A DNA stretch of 64,000 bases from an uncultured delta proteobacterium. Its GTDB lineage: Bacteria; Desulfobacterota; Syntrophobacteria; BM002. Both the position numbers and the translations under genes were made by a program. This document shows, one piece after another, positions 62,685-64,000 of this stretch. The notes under the pieces were generated by a model. The model was not told the origin of the DNA. It saw only the letters and a program-made list of their open reading frames with translations, and made no database searches. Positions within the stretch are counted from its first letter, which is position 1. Each line of letters starts with the position of its first letter. Location: NCBI GenBank assembly GCA_963712115.1, contig CAVQGX010000042.1, positions 121,299 through 185,298 on the forward strand, in the 5' to 3' direction.

Positions 62685-63023
62685 TTATTGATATGCTTCA
62701 TCTTGCTCTCGGAGTTTCAGAATGACGAACTCTGTTCGGGCTGTACCGTCAACAGGACGATTCTGTGAATTGCACCAACTCACGAGCTCCTCAACATCAA
62801 TGTCTACTTTGCGGAGCATGTATCCGTGCCGAGCTAGTTCTTTCATGCGCCTCTCCGCCATAGCCAGCCATTCGTCATAAGTATCCTCAAGCTCTTCACG
62901 ATCAGACGAGATTTCCAAAGGGCGTTCCCATTGTTCACGCCTATACCATGCAACCCCAATACGGCTGCTGGAAGTGTCATCAGCTTTTCGCATTCGATTC
63001 TTTATCTTTTTTTTCTTAGTCAT
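62685..63023 (-). CDS. Hypothetical protein
   Basis: 112 aa, IGVAWYRREQW...DTYDEW, protein-like composition. Confidence 0.75.
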   Translation of the reverse strand: MTKKKKIKNRMRKADDTSSSRIGVAWYRREQWERPLEISSDREELEDTYDEWLAMAERRMKELARHGYMLRKVDIDVEELVSWCNSQNRPVDGTARTEFVILKLREQDEAYQ

Positions 63024-63280
63024 TTATTCTTGTCCAAAAATTATAACCTTAGATTATACGGTGTATTATCCGCTTTATAATGCGGAAACCCTCCTAATTC
63101 AACTGTAAATTGCGAAAGACAACAGCTACTTATGCGGCAGGTCTCACAATATTGAAAAAGGCAAATACTGAAACCAACATCCGCTTTCATTACACCCAAT
63201 AATACCCTCATCTGGTTTTGCAAAAAAGGGCCAACGGCTTGTTCCTTGGTGGGACAATAAGTGAGACTCTAAAGTGGCGA

Positions 63281-63432
63281 TGACATCCCTTAATTCACAT
63301 TTCCCTAAGATTTGCTCAGGCACAAGATATTGAGCAGAAAAAAAGCGGAGCCAAAGACTCCGCATTTTCTTAGCTTAAACCTATATATTGTACCTTAGTC
63401 TCAAGATGGTAAGTGTGCATTAAAGTATGTAA
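63281..63432. mobile_element. ~150-bp inverted-repeat element, second full copy
   Basis: TGACATCCCTTAATTCACA ... AGTGTGCATTAAAGTATGTAA; collinear with 62458-62610. Confidence 0.7.
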
Positions 63433-63510
63433 TACAAATTACGGGTAAGCATGATAAGAAGTGGGGTGAACCCTGCAGTGTTTTTTAAAAAAACAATATT
63501 ACTTATCATA

Positions 63511-63903
63511 TTATTCCCAAGGGAAACTTTCTTCGTACCAGGGTGAGGGTATATTTACCTTGATTGGCTCGACATCTGGAGAGGAACTGTCTAGTTCTGG
63601 CTGCAGTATGTCTGCAATATATCTGACAATACCACCACAGAATTTTTGATCTATTTTCGCCCAAGTCACATAGATTTCATCCTGTAGGTAGGCCAGTACG
63701 TCTTTATCATTTTGCTCTCTGGCCAAGCATTCCCTGATGAAGCCGTGGCCAACTCGCAGGGCTACTGGATTCTCTTCGCCTTGCCATATGACGTACACGC
63801 CTTCCATGTTAGCGAAATGCTCATGGTCCAAATCCAGTTCTGAAAAATTACACCATGCACCTCTACTACATTTCTCCCACTCAACAAAGCATCCATAGAT
63901 CTC
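63511..63903 (-). CDS. Hypothetical protein with a degenerate GIY-YIG-like motif; start unclear
   Basis: Frame is open upstream of 63831 (VEWEKCSRGAWCNFSELDLDHEHF); GVYVIW...LRVGHG.IRECL. Confidence 0.55.
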   Translation of the reverse strand, partial: EIYGCFVEWEKCSRGAWCNFSELDLDHEHFANMEGVYVIWQGEENPVALRVGHGFIRECLAREQNDKDVLAYLQDEIYVTWAKIDQKFCGGIVRYIADILQPELDSSSPDVEPIKVNIPSPWYEESFPWE

Positions 63904-64000
63904 TCACTGATTGCAGTTATTCATAAATCTACTTTTGTTAAAGCCGTGGAATCTTTCTCCAGTTCGCCAATGTAAGCTACTGCTCTCTCCAGTTCATCGG

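Noticed and set aside
63042-63076. dif/pdif-like site around TTATACGGTGTATTATCC
   Set aside because: Only the central GGTGTA-TTAT matches; the XerD arm TTATGTTAAAT is absent
61966-63432. Classical integron attC sites
   Set aside because: No RYYYAAC/GTTRRRY cores at the element ends and no intI in the window

Overview
About 50% GC bacterial chromosomal segment whose gene content suggests an anaerobic Desulfobacterota/deltaproteobacterium (inference). In order: futalosine-pathway genes (mqnB end, mqnD), an orphan dnaA homologue, ddl, hypA-B-F-D-E without hypC, a GAF/HD-GYP protein, two moeA genes, an AhpF-like thioredoxin reductase, a core MetE-type enzyme, an envelope/osmotic block (2 MscS, DUF481, vWA-OmpA, K+ channel), a complex I operon (nuoA, fused BCD, E-K, N; no nuoL/M), sucA-sucB-lpdA, and an accessory right end. 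The strongest signal is non-coding. Most spacers inside these operons are mosaics of at least 10 different 7-9-bp tandem-repeat families, often arranged as inverted arms (hairpins), stacked in a recurring order and polarised to transcription. Two spacers still hold a four-helix-bundle (23S-IVS/Avd-like) gene between inverted repeat arms, suggesting a family of intergenic intervening elements and their empty scars. A separate ~150-bp inverted-repeat element punctuates co-oriented accessory genes at the right end. Several single-base frameshifts and a 1.03-kb duplication suggest an imperfectly polished assembly, so pseudogene calls need read support. No rRNA, tRNA or CRISPR array was seen. Family assignments come from recognising motifs by eye, not from database searches.
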